Source: Escherichia coli
GTDB taxonomy: Bacteria; Pseudomonadota; Gammaproteobacteria; Enterobacterales; Enterobacteriaceae
Assembly (NCBI RefSeq): GCF_016903815.1
Contig: NZ_CP069973.1
Strand: one strand, 5' to 3'
Length of the DNA: 64,000 nt
Each line of letters begins with the position of its first letter. Position 1 is the first letter of the stretch. The notes below the pieces were generated by a model, which worked only from the letters and a program-made list of their open reading frames with translations, did no database searches and was not told the DNA's origin. Below, in pieces: positions 37,401 through 48,605 of this stretch. The position numbers and the translations under genes are program-made.

Positions 37401-37755
37401 TCTGCTTTTCTTCGCGAATTAATTCTGCTTCGCAATTTATCCATAAAATAAATTTAAAATCACAAAACATAATTAAATAAAATGTAACCGCTTTCATCTT
37501 GCTGGAAATTCACGCTTTTATTCTTCTGCAAGCCTTTCAACCGCAAACTTAAGCCTTGTAACAAAAATCATCAAAATATGTGCGGTTGCTCATGTTCTTA
37601 CATTCTGGTTACAGAAAGAGATTGATAATTCGCGTCGCGAAAAATAGTCTGTTCCTGTAGTCAGCGAGACTTTTCTCAACGCTACTTTTTTAATTTTTAT
37701 TTTTTTCGCTGTTCACCTTTGGTGCAGCAATTTATACGTCAAAGAGGATTAACCC

Positions 37756-39162
37756 ATGCGTACGTTTAGTGGCAAACGTAGTACGCTGGCGCTGGCTATC
37801 GCCGGTGTTACAGCAATGTCGGGCTTTATGGCAATGCCGGAGGCTCGCGCCGAAGGATTTATCGACGATTCAACCTTAACCGGCGGTATCTATTACTGGC
37901 AGCGTGAACGCGACCGTAAAGATGTTACCGACGGCGACAAATACAAAACCAACCTTTCTCACTCCACCTGGAACGCCAACCTCGATTTTCAGTCTGGTTA
38001 TGCTGCTGATATGTTCGGCCTTGATATTGCTGCGTTTACGGCGATTGAAATGGCGGAAAACGGTGACAGCTCTCACCCGAACGAAATCGCGTTTTCAAAA
38101 AGCAATAAAGCCTATGACGAAGACTGGTCCGGCGACAAAAGCGGTATAAGCCTGTATAAAGCAGCGGCCAAATTTAAATACGGTCCGGTGTGGGCGAGGG
38201 CAGGTTACATTCAGCCAACTGGTCAGACGCTGTTAGCGCCGCACTGGAGCTTTATGCCGGGTACTTATCAGGGGGCGGAAGCCGGGGCGAATTTTGATTA
38301 CGGCGATGCTGGTGCGTTGAGTTTCTCCTACATGTGGACCAACGAATACAAAGCACCGTGGCATCTGGAAATGGATGAGTTTTATCAGAACGATAAAACC
38401 ACCAAAGTTGATTATCTTCACTCCATCGGTGCGAAATACGACTTCAAAAATAACTTCGTACTGGAAGCGGCATTTGGTCAGGCGGAAGGGTATATCGATC
38501 AATATTTTGCCAAAGCCAGCTACAAATTTGATATCGCCGGTAGCCCGTTAACCACCAGTTACCAGTTCTATGGTACGCGCGATAAAGTTGACGATCGCAG
38601 CGTCAACGATCTTTATGACGGCACCGCCTGGCTGCAAGCGTTGACCTTTGGTTACCGGGCGGCTGACGTAGTGGATTTGCGCCTCGAAGGCACCTGGGTT
38701 AAGGCTGACGGTCAGCAGGGATACTTCCTGCAACGTATGACTCCAACCTACGCTTCCTCCAACGGCCGCCTGGATATCTGGTGGGATAACCGTTCCGACT
38801 TCAACGCTAACGGCGAAAAAGCGGTCTTCTTCGGTGCGATGTATGACCTGAAAAACTGGAATCTTCCAGGCTTCGCCATCGGCGCTTCCTACGTTTACGC
38901 ATGGGATGCTAAACCCGCTACCTGGCAGAGCAATCCGGATGCGTACTACGACAAGAACCGGACTATTGAAGAGTCTGCATATAGCCTGGATGCGGTTTAC
39001 ACCATTCAGGACGGCCGCGCCAAAGGCACGATGTTCAAACTGCACTTCACCGAATACGACAACCACTCCGACATCCCAAGCTGGGGCGGTGGTTACGGCA
39101 ACATCTTCCAGGATGAGCGTGACGTGAAATTTATGGTAATCGCACCATTCACCATCTTCTGA
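37756..39162 (+). CDS. chiP: Chitooligosaccharide-specific outer-membrane porin ChiP (468 aa)
   Basis: Signal peptide, beta-barrel sequence with C-terminal aromatic residue; synteny with chiQ. Confidence 0.9.
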   Translation: MRTFSGKRSTLALAIAGVTAMSGFMAMPEARAEGFIDDSTLTGGIYYWQRERDRKDVTDGDKYKTNLSHSTWNANLDFQSGYAADMFGLDIAAFTAIEMAENGDSSHPNEIAFSKSNKAYDEDWSGDKSGISLYKAAAKFKYGPVWARAGYIQPTGQTLLAPHWSFMPGTYQGAEAGANFDYGDAGALSFSYMWTNEYKAPWHLEMDEFYQNDKTTKVDYLHSIGAKYDFKNNFVLEAAFGQAEGYIDQYFAKASYKFDIAGSPLTTSYQFYGTRDKVDDRSVNDLYDGTAWLQALTFGYRAADVVDLRLEGTWVKADGQQGYFLQRMTPTYASSNGRLDIWWDNRSDFNANGEKAVFFGAMYDLKNWNLPGFAIGASYVYAWDAKPATWQSNPDAYYDKNRTIEESAYSLDAVYTIQDGRAKGTMFKLHFTEYDNHSDIPSWGGGYGNIFQDERDVKFMVIAPFTIF

Positions 39163-39211
39163 TGCCCGACGCGGCAGGTTTTGTGCCTGCCGCACGTTTG
39201 AGGAATTTGCT

Positions 39212-39538
39212 ATGAAAAAACTGATTCTCATCGCCATGATGGCATCGGGGCTGGTGGCTTGTGCGCAATCAACCGCGCCACAGGAAGACAGCCGTCTGAA
39301 AGAGGCATACAGCGCCTGTATCAACACCGCACAAGGTTCGCCAGAAAAAATTGAAGCCTGCCAGAGCGTGTTAAACGTGCTGAAGAAAGAGAAACAACAT
39401 CAGCAGTTTGCCGACCAGGAAAGTGTACGCGTACTGGATTATCAGCAGTGTCTGCGCGCAACGCAAACCGGAAATGATCAGGCGGTAAAAGCCGACTGTG
39501 ATAAGGTCTGGCAGGAAATTCGCAGTAATAACAAATAA
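39212..39538 (+). CDS. chiQ: Lipoprotein ChiQ (108 aa)
   Basis: Lipobox (LVACAQ); directly downstream of chiP. Confidence 0.85.
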   Translation: MKKLILIAMMASGLVACAQSTAPQEDSRLKEAYSACINTAQGSPEKIEACQSVLNVLKKEKQHQQFADQESVRVLDYQQCLRATQTGNDQAVKADCDKVWQEIRSNNK

Positions 39539-39540
39539 GT

Positions 39541-39608
39541 GAGAGCTGTAACTCTCGCTTTTCTTATTTCCCGTGTATAAAAAAGCCAACCCGCAGGTTG
39601 GCTTTTCT
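39541..39608. terminator. Convergent terminators between chiQ and fur (gagagctgtaactctc plus T-run; aaaaagccaacc-cgcagg-ttggctttt)
   Basis: Two hairpins with appropriately oriented T-tracts. Confidence 0.6.
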
Positions 39609-39621
39609 CGTTCCGGCTGGC

Positions 39622-40068
39622 TTATTTGCCTTCGTGCGCGTGCTCATCTTCGCGGCAATCGCCTTCGGCACAGTGACCGTAAAGATAGAGACTGTGGTTA
39701 GTCAGGCGAATGCCATGTTTTGCGGCAATTTCACGCTGACGCGCTTCGATGGAATCATCACTAAATTCGATTACCTTGCCGCAGTCGAGGCAGATCAGGT
39801 GATCGTGGTGATGTTGCTGTGTCAGTTCAAATACGGATTTACCGCCTTCAAAATTGTGGCGGGTGACGATACCAGCGTCGTCAAACTGGTTCAGTACGCG
39901 ATATACCGTAGCCAGACCAATTTCTTCACCCATATCGATCAGACGTTTGTATAAATCTTCCGCACTGACGTGATGGTTGTCCGGCTCCTGAAGAACTTCC
40001 AGGATTTTTAAACGAGGAAGCGTTACTTTCAGGCCAGCTTTCTTTAGGGCGGTATTGTTATCAGTCAT
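39622..40068 (-). CDS. fur: Ferric uptake regulator Fur (148 aa)
   Basis: MTDNNTALKKAGLKVTLPRLKILEVL N-terminus; HHDH and CxxC metal sites. Confidence 0.93.
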   Translation of the reverse strand: MTDNNTALKKAGLKVTLPRLKILEVLQEPDNHHVSAEDLYKRLIDMGEEIGLATVYRVLNQFDDAGIVTRHNFEGGKSVFELTQQHHHDHLICLDCGKVIEFSDDSIEARQREIAAKHGIRLTNHSLYLYGHCAEGDCREDEHAHEGK

Positions 40069-40147
40069 GCGGAATCTGTCCTGTTACTAAGCGGTTCACT
40101 TCATTAGGAGAAGTGACAGAATTTGCTCTTGAGATAATGCGTATCAT
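40061..40147 (-). CDS. uof: uof, upstream ORF of fur (28 aa; MIRIISRANSVTSPNEVNRLVTGQIPHD), translationally coupled to fur
   Basis: The 28-codon ORF overlaps the fur start by 8 nt; established leader-peptide arrangement. Confidence 0.7.
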   Translation of the reverse strand: MIRIISRANSVTSPNEVNRLVTGQIPHD

Positions 40148-40356
40148 TATAGAATTGCCACGCCTAAATGAAAACCACAAGTCCCTGGCAAATATTGTTA
40201 ATAAAAACGTGGCACAGCTTACATTTACAACGGCAAGGCCACTTGAACACCGGGACATTGTACAGGTACAACAGCAAAAGTTACAAATTTGTAGCAATTA
40301 TTTTGATTGGCATTATCTATTAATACGGCGTAGACATGAGTCTACGCCGCATCACA
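40148..40356 (-). promoter_or_regulatory. fur promoter region (Fur autoregulation; OxyR and CRP inputs expected)
   Basis: Established knowledge; individual sites not mapped by eye. Confidence 0.4.
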
Positions 40357-40887
40357 TCAGGCATTGAGAATTTCGTCGAGATGCAACTCTTCAGAAATCT
40401 GTTTAACCCATTTTTCTACACGTTCAGCGGTCAGTTCCGGCTGACGGTCTTCGTCGATAGCCAGACCGACAAAGTGGTCGTCATCTGCCAGACCTTTTGA
40501 TGCTTCGAAATGATAGCCCGCAGTTGGCCAGTGACCAACAATGGTTGCACCGCGCGGTTCAATGATGTCGCGGATGGTGCCCAATGCGTCACAGAAGTAT
40601 TCAGCGTAATCTTCCTGGTCACCACAACCAAACAGCGCAACCAGTTTGCCATTGAAATCAATCTCTTCGAGAGTCGGAAAGAAGTCATCCCAGTCACACT
40701 GCGCTTCGCCGTAATACCAGGTTGGGATGCCCAGCAGCAGAATGTCATATGCTTCCAGATCTTCTTTGCTGCTTTTTGCAATGTCATGGACATCGGCAAC
40801 GTCTTTACCAAGCTGTTTTTGAATCATTTTTGCGATATTTTCGGTATTACCGGTGTCGCTGCCGAAAAAGATGCCAGTGATAGCCAT
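40357..40887 (-). CDS. fldA: Flavodoxin 1 FldA (176 aa from [16 protein letters not shown])
   Basis: Flavodoxin FMN-binding signature (GSDTGNTE); the track ORF extends 39 codons upstream. Confidence 0.92.
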
Positions 40888-41026
40888 GAGTGAAATAACC
40901 TCTTGAAACTTATTGAAATGGGGGTGGAAAATTGCCCACGGATAAAGGCAATCATAGCAGAACAGGCAGTCTTGCGGAATCAGCAAACGAGCAGGACTGC
41001 ACACTGTGCTACATGAAAGTGGAAAT

Positions 41027-41320
41027 TTAAACGATGCCCTGACTACGCAGCGCCGCCAGTTGCTGCATTAACATCTCTTCGATCAGTTCGCTACGGCTCA
41101 TATTGCGCGATTCCGCCAGCTCGTTCAGCGCCTCGACAGCTTCCGCGTTCAGCTTCAGTTCGACACGCTTAAGGCCACGTACTTTATCGCGTTTTAGCTG
41201 GTTGCGTTTATTAATACGCAGCTGTTCATCGCGCGAAAGCGGATTAGTTTTCGGTCGTCCCGGTCGACGCTCGTGCGCGAACAGATCTAATGTCGTACGG
41301 TCCGTTTGTTCTTTGGCCAT
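41027..41320 (-). CDS. ybfE: CopG/RHH-family protein YbfE (97 aa from MAKEQTD)
   Basis: C-terminal ribbon-helix-helix-like segment ([11 protein letters not shown]); start chosen by recalled protein length. Confidence 0.7.
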   Translation of the reverse strand: MAKEQTDRTTLDLFAHERRPGRPKTNPLSRDEQLRINKRNQLKRDKVRGLKRVELKLNAEAVEALNELAESRNMSRSELIEEMLMQQLAALRSQGIV

Positions 41321-41459
41321 GATCTTGGTGACTTCGGGGGAAACAATCAGCCAGGCCTCTGCCCGGATGGATAGCGCGCCATAATACATCAGCGCGATGA
41401 GTCACGCCAACGCCCACGCGCGGAAAGCGACGCGGACGCTGGGTTTTTAATCAGTTGCG

Positions 41460-42224
41460 TTAATCATTGAGATAGCGACGGATAGCGCGTAATACCGCAT
41501 CCGGTTTTTCAGCATGGACCCAGTGACCCGCGCCTGCAATCACATGCGCCCGTGCCTGTGGAAATTGTGCCAGTAAATCATCGCGGTACTGCTCGCTAAC
41601 ATACGGAGAATTGCCGCCAGGGATAAACAGGGCAGGGTGATCCCATGCCGGGATTTTCTCCCAACCCACAATATGCGGATACTGATCCCACAATACCGGC
41701 ACGTTAAAGCGCCACTCCCCGTCAACAAAAGATTTCAGCAGAAACTGAATCACCCCTTCTTCATTAAGATGCTGGCGCATTATTGCCGCTGCTTGCTGGC
41801 GAGTTTGTGCGTCCGATTCACTGACTGCGTTGATGGCCGCGAAAATCTCATCATGCCGGCGAACGTGATAATCGACCGGAGCAATATCAATTGCCACCAG
41901 CTTGTCAATCCGATCGGGGGCCAGTGCAGTAAGTGCCATTACCGCTTTACCGCCCATGGAGTGACCGATAAATGTTGCTTTGTCGATCTGCAGTGCATCC
42001 AGGGTATCAACAAGATCCTGGGCCATCGCCGGGTAATTCATTACCGGATCTCTCGGTGAAAGACCGTGGTTACGCATATCAACCTGGATGATATTGTGAT
42101 CGTTTACCAGATCGCGAGCCAGTACGCCAAGGTTGTCTAGGCTACCAAACAGACCATGGACAAGAACGATGGGAGAATTATTGTGCTGGTTTTGTGCAGT
42201 TTGCGCGCGGATATTCAATTTCAT
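41460..42224 (-). CDS. ybfF: Alpha/beta-hydrolase esterase YbfF (254 aa)
   Basis: GHSMGG nucleophile elbow. Confidence 0.88.
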   Translation of the reverse strand: MKLNIRAQTAQNQHNNSPIVLVHGLFGSLDNLGVLARDLVNDHNIIQVDMRNHGLSPRDPVMNYPAMAQDLVDTLDALQIDKATFIGHSMGGKAVMALTALAPDRIDKLVAIDIAPVDYHVRRHDEIFAAINAVSESDAQTRQQAAAIMRQHLNEEGVIQFLLKSFVDGEWRFNVPVLWDQYPHIVGWEKIPAWDHPALFIPGGNSPYVSEQYRDDLLAQFPQARAHVIAGAGHWVHAEKPDAVLRAIRRYLND

Positions 42225-42408
42225 GGCAAAGTTCTTTTTTTCGCGTTGTCGGGTTAGGGTATTATGTTGACCATTGTGCCACAGGGCTGCAACAAATAAG
42301 GTTTATTCCGAGTTTTTCTGCAAGCCAGGCTTGACGCTATCCGCTGCCGGGATTTATTCATATACTCCTGGCGACTTGTATTCAGCTAAGACACTGCACT
42401 GGATTAAG

Positions 42409-42954
42409 ATGAAAACGATTGAAGTTGATGATGAACTCTACAGCTATATTGCCAGCCACACTAAGCATATCGGCGAGAGCGCATCCGACATTTTACGGCG
42501 TATGTTGAAATTTTCCGCCGCATCACAGCCTGCTGCTCCGGTGACGAAAGAGGTTCGCGTTGCGTCACCTGCTATCGTCGAAGCGAAGCCGGTCAAAACG
42601 ATTAAAGACAAGGTTCGCGCAATGCGTGAACTTCTGCTTTCGGATGAATACGCAGAGCAAAAGCGAGCGGTCAATCGCTTTATGCTGCTGTTGTCTACAC
42701 TATATTCTCTTGACGCCCAGGCGTTTGCCGAAGCAACGGAATCGTTGCACGGTCGTACACGCGTTTACTTTGCGGCAGATGAACAAACGCTGCTGAAAAA
42801 TGGTAATCAGACCAAGCCGAAACATGTGCCAGGCACGCCGTATTGGGTGATCACCAACACCAACACCGGCCGTAAATGCAGCATGATCGAACACATCATG
42901 CAGTCGATGCAATTCCCGGCGGAATTGATTGAGAAGGTTTGCGGAACTATCTAA
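42409..42954 (+). CDS. seqA: Replication-initiation negative regulator SeqA (181 aa from [11 protein letters not shown])
   Basis: Matches SeqA as recalled; the track ORF starts 45 codons upstream. Confidence 0.9.
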
Positions 42955-42979
42955 AACGTTGCAGACAAAGGACAAAGCA

Positions 42980-44620
42980 ATGGCAATCCACAATCGTGCA
43001 GGCCAACCTGCACAACAGAGTGATTTGATTAACGTCGCCCAACTGACGGCGCAATATTATGTACTGAAACCAGAAGCAGGGAATGCGGAGCACGCGGTGA
43101 AATTCGGTACTTCTGGTCACCGTGGCAGTGCAGCGCGCCACAGCTTTAACGAGCCGCACATTCTGGCGATCGCTCAGGCAATTGCTGAAGAACGTGCGAA
43201 AAACGGCATCACTGGCCCTTGCTATGTGGGTAAAGATACTCACGCTCTGTCCGAGCCTGCGTTCATTTCCGTACTGGAAGTGCTGGCAGCGAACGGCGTA
43301 GATGTTATTGTGCAGGAAAACAATGGCTTCACTCCGACGCCTGCCGTTTCCAATGCCATCCTGGTTCACAATAAAAAAGGTGGCCCGCTGGCAGACGGTA
43401 TCGTGATTACACCGTCCCATAACCCGCCGGAAGATGGTGGTATCAAGTACAATCCGCCAAATGGTGGCCCGGCTGATACCAACGTCACCAAAGTGGTGGA
43501 AGACAGGGCCAACGCACTGATGGCCGATGGCCTGAAAGGCGTGAAGCGTATCTCCCTCGACGAAGCGATGGCATCCGGTCATGTGAAAGAGCAGGATCTG
43601 GTGCAGCCGTTCGTGGAAGGGCTGGCCGATATCGTTGATATGGCGGCGATTCAGAAAGCGGGCCTGACGCTGGGCGTTGATCCGTTGGGCGGTTCCGGTA
43701 TCGAATACTGGAAGCGCATTGGCGAGTATTACAACCTCAACCTGACCATCGTTAACGATCAGGTCGATCAAACCTTCCGCTTTATGCACCTCGATAAAGA
43801 CGGTGCGATCCGTATGGACTGCTCCTCCGAGTGTGCGATGGCGGGCCTGCTGGCACTGCGTGATAAGTTCGATCTGGCGTTTGCTAACGACCCGGATTAT
43901 GACCGTCACGGTATCGTCACTCCGGCAGGTTTGATGAATCCGAACCACTACCTGGCGGTGGCGATCAACTACCTGTTCCAGCATCGTCCGCAGTGGGGCA
44001 AAGATGTTGCTGTCGGTAAAACGCTGGTTTCATCTGCGATGATCGACCGTGTGGTCAATGACTTGGGCCGTAAGCTGGTAGAAGTCCCGGTAGGTTTCAA
44101 ATGGTTTGTTGATGGTCTGTTCGACGGCAGCTTCGGCTTTGGCGGCGAAGAGAGCGCAGGGGCTTCCTTCCTGCGTTTCGACGGCACGCCGTGGTCCACC
44201 GACAAAGACGGCATCATCATGTGTCTGCTGGCGGCGGAAATCACCGCTGTCACCGGTAAGAACCCGCAGGAACACTACAACGAACTGGCAAAACGCTTTG
44301 GTGCGCCGAGCTACAACCGTTTGCAGGCAGCTGCGACTTCCGCACAAAAAGCGGCGTTGTCTAAGCTGTCTCCGGAAATGGTGAGCGCCAGCACCCTGGC
44401 AGGTGACCCGATCACCGCGCGCCTGACTGCGGCACCGGGCAATGGTGCTTCTATCGGCGGTCTGAAAGTGATGACTGACAACGGCTGGTTCGCCGCGCGT
44501 CCGTCAGGCACGGAAGACGCGTACAAGATTTATTGCGAAAGCTTCCTCGGTGAAGAGCATCGCAAGCAGATCGAGAAAGAAGCGGTTGAGATTGTTAGCG
44601 AAGTTCTGAAAAACGCGTAA
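42980..44620 (+). CDS. pgm: Phosphoglucomutase Pgm (546 aa from [10 protein letters not shown])
   Basis: Phosphoserine-loop motif (TPSHNP); seqA–pgm operon arrangement. Confidence 0.92.
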   Translation: MAIHNRAGQPAQQSDLINVAQLTAQYYVLKPEAGNAEHAVKFGTSGHRGSAARHSFNEPHILAIAQAIAEERAKNGITGPCYVGKDTHALSEPAFISVLEVLAANGVDVIVQENNGFTPTPAVSNAILVHNKKGGPLADGIVITPSHNPPEDGGIKYNPPNGGPADTNVTKVVEDRANALMADGLKGVKRISLDEAMASGHVKEQDLVQPFVEGLADIVDMAAIQKAGLTLGVDPLGGSGIEYWKRIGEYYNLNLTIVNDQVDQTFRFMHLDKDGAIRMDCSSECAMAGLLALRDKFDLAFANDPDYDRHGIVTPAGLMNPNHYLAVAINYLFQHRPQWGKDVAVGKTLVSSAMIDRVVNDLGRKLVEVPVGFKWFVDGLFDGSFGFGGEESAGASFLRFDGTPWSTDKDGIIMCLLAAEITAVTGKNPQEHYNELAKRFGAPSYNRLQAAATSAQKAALSKLSPEMVSASTLAGDPITARLTAAPGNGASIGGLKVMTDNGWFAARPSGTEDAYKIYCESFLGEEHRKQIEKEAVEIVSEVLKNA

Positions 44621-44635
44621 ACACATTAAATAAGA

Positions 44636-44667
44636 AAAAGGGCGGTCGGAAGATCGCCCTTTTTTGC
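44636..44667. terminator. Bidirectional terminator between the convergent pgm and potE genes
   Basis: aaaaagggcg-gtcggaagatc-gccctttttt. Confidence 0.6.
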
Positions 44668-44676
44668 TTTTCTTAA

Positions 44677-45996
44677 TTAACCGTGTTTATTTTTCAGTTC
44701 AAAGCGTGGTGAGACCAGACCATACAGTGTCCAACCGAGGAAGGTCACGATGGAACCGTATAGCATGGCTTCTTCCCCGGATGAGTACAGCGCATAAAAG
44801 CTGTACATCGCGCCAACAAAAGCAACAAAGTTTGCAACTTTCGCTTTTGAGGGGGGCACATTAGCGACCTTCTGAATAATGACTAATGCCGCCATTGACA
44901 GAATATACGGAATGATATTGGTCACCACGGCCAGGTTAACCAGCACGTTGAACTGACTGTTTAGCGACGGGCTAATCGTCATCAGCGCCAACCCGCTCTG
45001 GATAATCACAATGGTCAACATTCCCTGCACCGGTGCATCCACTTTGGTTACACGGGAGAAAATTTTAGGGAAGTAGCCTTCATCAGATGAAGATTTAAAC
45101 ACCTGGGCAATGGTGAACTGCCAGCCAAGCAGCGAACCGCAGCAGGACATCACCATCAGCGCCATAATGACTTTACCCACTTCTGGCGTGAACATCTGTG
45201 CGAAGGCCAGGCCAAATGGTGCCGTTGAATTTGCCAGCTCCATATTAGGCACAATCCCTGCAATCACGTTGGTGGAGACGATATAAATCACCGCCGCACC
45301 TAACGTACCGCCGAGTACCGCGATTGGCACATTACGTTCCGGGTTTTCCACTACATCAGTATTCGCACACGCAGACTCCAGACCAAGAAAAGCCCACAGC
45401 GTCATAGCGATGGAAGAACCTACCGCACTGAAGAACGGTGCATGATGCGGATTCCAGGAATCAACGTAAAGCGTCGGGCTAAACCAGAACCAGCCGATAA
45501 CGCACAGGCCTACCACCGGAATAATGACCCCCCACACGGTAATGCTACTGATTTGCCCGGTAATGCGCGCACCACCAAAGTTAGCCACGGTACAAATCCA
45601 CAGCACCCCGATGGTCGCAAGACCAATCTGCACTGGCGACAAACTCGCGCCGAGCAGTTCGGTGCCGTAACCAACCGCCGAAATAGCAATCGCGACGTTA
45701 GCAATTAGCAGTGAGACGCCGTAGGTATAGTTCGCCATAAAGTTCCCGGATTTACCGAAAGCATACTCCGCATAACCGCCCATACCGCCTGATTTACGGC
45801 TGAACATACCGCATTTTGCGAATGCCCATGCCAGTGCCATTGAGCCTACGGCTGTCACCAGCCAGGAAATAATTGAGATTGTCCCGACTTCGGCAAGCTT
45901 TGTCGGCAGCATGATGATACCGGAGCCCATCATGTTGACCATCGTCAGTATGGTTAACTGAACGACGCCCATTTTGTTCGATTTAGCCTGACTCAT
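44677..45996 (-). CDS. potE: Putrescine–ornithine antiporter PotE (439 aa)
   Basis: APC-family permease; stop/start overlap with speF. Confidence 0.92.
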   Translation of the reverse strand: MSQAKSNKMGVVQLTILTMVNMMGSGIIMLPTKLAEVGTISIISWLVTAVGSMALAWAFAKCGMFSRKSGGMGGYAEYAFGKSGNFMANYTYGVSLLIANVAIAISAVGYGTELLGASLSPVQIGLATIGVLWICTVANFGGARITGQISSITVWGVIIPVVGLCVIGWFWFSPTLYVDSWNPHHAPFFSAVGSSIAMTLWAFLGLESACANTDVVENPERNVPIAVLGGTLGAAVIYIVSTNVIAGIVPNMELANSTAPFGLAFAQMFTPEVGKVIMALMVMSCCGSLLGWQFTIAQVFKSSSDEGYFPKIFSRVTKVDAPVQGMLTIVIIQSGLALMTISPSLNSQFNVLVNLAVVTNIIPYILSMAALVIIQKVANVPPSKAKVANFVAFVGAMYSFYALYSSGEEAMLYGSIVTFLGWTLYGLVSPRFELKNKHG

Positions 45997-48191
45997 AATT
46001 TTTCCCCTTTCAACAGGGTGCTTTGCGCATCACGAGGCTTGATGACATAGCACCAAACTTGCTTACGACCATCATGTTCTTCGATATAGACACCCTGCAG
46101 CTCCGGTGCAAAACCTGGCAGCAGGTTGATCCCTTCTTCCAGAGCGCTGAAGTAACGCAAAACAGCACCACCCCAGATTTCACCCGGAACAACACACAGC
46201 ACACCCGGAGGATAAGGAAGCGCACCTTCGGCAGCGATACGGCCTTCTGCATCCGGCAGACGAACCAGCTCCACTTCACCGCGTAAATAGGCGTAGTTAG
46301 CTTCTTGCGGATTCATGCTGACGCGTGGGAAGTGTTCCTTACGGAACATCTCTTTTTGCAGTTGTTTCACGTTGTGGCGGGCATACAAATCATGCATTTC
46401 CTGGCACAACTGACGAAGGGTATAACCGGCGTAGCGCTCTTCATGCTGTTTGTAGATGGAAGGTAGCACTTCCGCCAGCGGCGCATCAGATTCCAGCAGT
46501 TTTTCGAAGCGTACCAGCAGGGCAACAAGTTGCTGAAGTTTGGCCATATCCTCCGCCGGAGTCAGCAGGAAGAGGATGGAGTTAAGATCGCATTTTTCCG
46601 GCACTACGCCATTTTCGCGCAGGAAGTTAGCAAGAATCGTCGCGGGTACACCGAATGTTTCATATTCGCCGTTACGTGCATCAATACCTGGGGTTGTCAG
46701 CAACAGTTTGCAAGGATCGACAAAGTATTGATTCTCTGCATAGCCTTCAAAAGAATGCCAGTGTTCCCCTGGTACAAACTGGAAGAAGCGCAGATCAACC
46801 GCAATTTGCGCTGTTTCATACGACTGCCAGGGTTTACCATCCACCAGTTCAGGTACGAACGGACGAATATGCTGACAGTTATCGAGGATCAGTTTGCGGG
46901 CATTAATGCCATTTACCACACAATCCATCCACATATTACGACCGCTGACACCTTCATGCATTTTGGCGTTGATATCCAGTGCGGCAAACAGCGGATAGAA
47001 CGGGCTGGTGGAGGCGTGCATCATAAAGGCGTTGTTCATGCGTTTGTGCGGTACATAACGCTGTTGCCCTTTGATGTGGCTGTCTTTTTTATGGATTTGT
47101 GAAGTTTGAGAAAAACCAGCCTGCTGTTTATGTACGGATTGCGTAACCAGAATACCCGGATCGTTCTCATTAAGATCCAGCAACAGCGGCGAACAGTCAG
47201 CCATCATCGGGATAAATTGCTCATAGCCGACCCATGCGGAGTCAAACAGAATGTAGTCACACAGATGACCAATTTTATCCACCACCTGGCGGGCGTTATA
47301 AATCGTACCGTCGTAGGTGCCTAACTGAATCACAGCGAGGCGGAAAGGACGAGCCTCTTTTGCCCGCTGCGGTGCGACTTCCGCGATCAGCTCACGCAGG
47401 TAACTTTCTTCAAAACAATGCGCATCAATGCCACCGATAAAGCCATACGGGTTACGTGCCGTTTCCAGATAAACCGGTGTTGCACCAGCCTGTAGCAACG
47501 CTCCGTGGTGGTTAGATTTGTGGTTATTGCGATCAAACAGCACCAGATCACCCGGTGTTAGCAGGGCGTTTAAAACCACTTTGTTAGAAGATGAAGTGCC
47601 ATTTAGAACGAAGTATGTTTTATCGGCATTAAACACTTTTGCCGCATGTTGCTGTGCAATGCATGGCGCGCCTTCGTGAATCAGCAGATCGCCCATTGCC
47701 ACATCCGCGTTGCATAAGTCGGAACGGAACAGCGTTTCTCCGAAGTACTCCACGAACTGATTCCCTGCCGGATGACGACGGAAAAACTCACCTCCCTGAT
47801 GACCCGGGCAGTCAAAAGCGCTATTGCCCTGATTGACATAATCGACCAGTGCGCGGAAGAAGGGCGGGCGCAGTTGCGTTTCATAATGGCTAGCAGCGGT
47901 TTCTAACTGACGTCCATAAAACTCTTTCCGTGATTCGCAATGCTCGAAGACACCAGAAATACGTGGCAGATATTCTGCTGGTACACGTTCTTCATTTGCC
48001 GTTGCAATAAAAACAGGAATGCCATAGCCAGTAGCGTCTATTTCATCGAGTTTTCCACGTTCAACATCATTGACTGATAAAATAATGGCGGCAACGTCAA
48101 TATAATTACTTTCGTCAATATTCACGCATGCACGATGAGTGGAAAAACAATCCGGGCAAGAACGGCTAACGGCAATTTTTAATTCTGACAT
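45993..48191 (-). CDS. speF: Inducible ornithine decarboxylase SpeF (start MSELK at 48191 or MNKMSELK at 48200)
   Basis: Fold-III PLP decarboxylase; PLP-lysine region (SVHKQQAGFSQTSQIHKKD). Confidence 0.92.
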   Translation of the reverse strand: MSELKIAVSRSCPDCFSTHRACVNIDESNYIDVAAIILSVNDVERGKLDEIDATGYGIPVFIATANEERVPAEYLPRISGVFEHCESRKEFYGRQLETAASHYETQLRPPFFRALVDYVNQGNSAFDCPGHQGGEFFRRHPAGNQFVEYFGETLFRSDLCNADVAMGDLLIHEGAPCIAQQHAAKVFNADKTYFVLNGTSSSNKVVLNALLTPGDLVLFDRNNHKSNHHGALLQAGATPVYLETARNPYGFIGGIDAHCFEESYLRELIAEVAPQRAKEARPFRLAVIQLGTYDGTIYNARQVVDKIGHLCDYILFDSAWVGYEQFIPMMADCSPLLLDLNENDPGILVTQSVHKQQAGFSQTSQIHKKDSHIKGQQRYVPHKRMNNAFMMHASTSPFYPLFAALDINAKMHEGVSGRNMWMDCVVNGINARKLILDNCQHIRPFVPELVDGKPWQSYETAQIAVDLRFFQFVPGEHWHSFEGYAENQYFVDPCKLLLTTPGIDARNGEYETFGVPATILANFLRENGVVPEKCDLNSILFLLTPAEDMAKLQQLVALLVRFEKLLESDAPLAEVLPSIYKQHEERYAGYTLRQLCQEMHDLYARHNVKQLQKEMFRKEHFPRVSMNPQEANYAYLRGEVELVRLPDAEGRIAAEGALPYPPGVLCVVPGEIWGGAVLRYFSALEEGINLLPGFAPELQGVYIEEHDGRKQVWCYVIKPRDAQSTLLKGEKL

Positions 48192-48500
48192 TTTGTTCAT
48201 CTCTTTATTTCAGGTAATAGCAGGTCCTCAATTTCTCAAAGGAGAAATTGATCACGCCGGAAAAAAGCAAAACCCCACCGCTGATAAATAAATCAGTAGT
48301 TTGCTTTTTGTAGATGCAATAACCCAGACCAGCCCGGTAACTGGCTATACTCGTCATACCTCAAGTTGCAAGTGCTGCGACTCGAATTATTTAGAGTTTA
48401 AAAGGGTTAGCAGTATATGAGCACCGAGGAATACAGGTATTAACCTGTAATGCTTAAAGTCAGGGAGACCTGTACGTTGGGGTGCCCTTTAGTCAGAAGA

Positions 48501-48605
48501 CTAGCGGGCATTAAAGAAATGAAAGTCAAAACTATTACGATGGGCAAACTTCATGATATGGGTTGTCCGCCTTATATGAGGCATTAAGCGGTTATTATTT
48601 TCCAT
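48501..48605 (-). CDS. speFL: speF leader arrest peptide SpeFL (34 aa; MENNNRLMPHIRRTTHIMKFAHRNSFDFHFFNAR)
   Basis: Manual minus-strand translation; matches the ornithine-sensing leader peptide as recalled; sits about 300 nt upstream of speF. Confidence 0.75.
   Translation of the reverse strand: MENNNRLMPHIRRTTHIMKFAHRNSFDFHFFNAR

Noticed and set aside
42947-43984. 345-aa minus-strand ORF opposite pgm
   Set aside because: Shadow ORF on the antisense strand of a conserved housekeeping gene; no independent signal.
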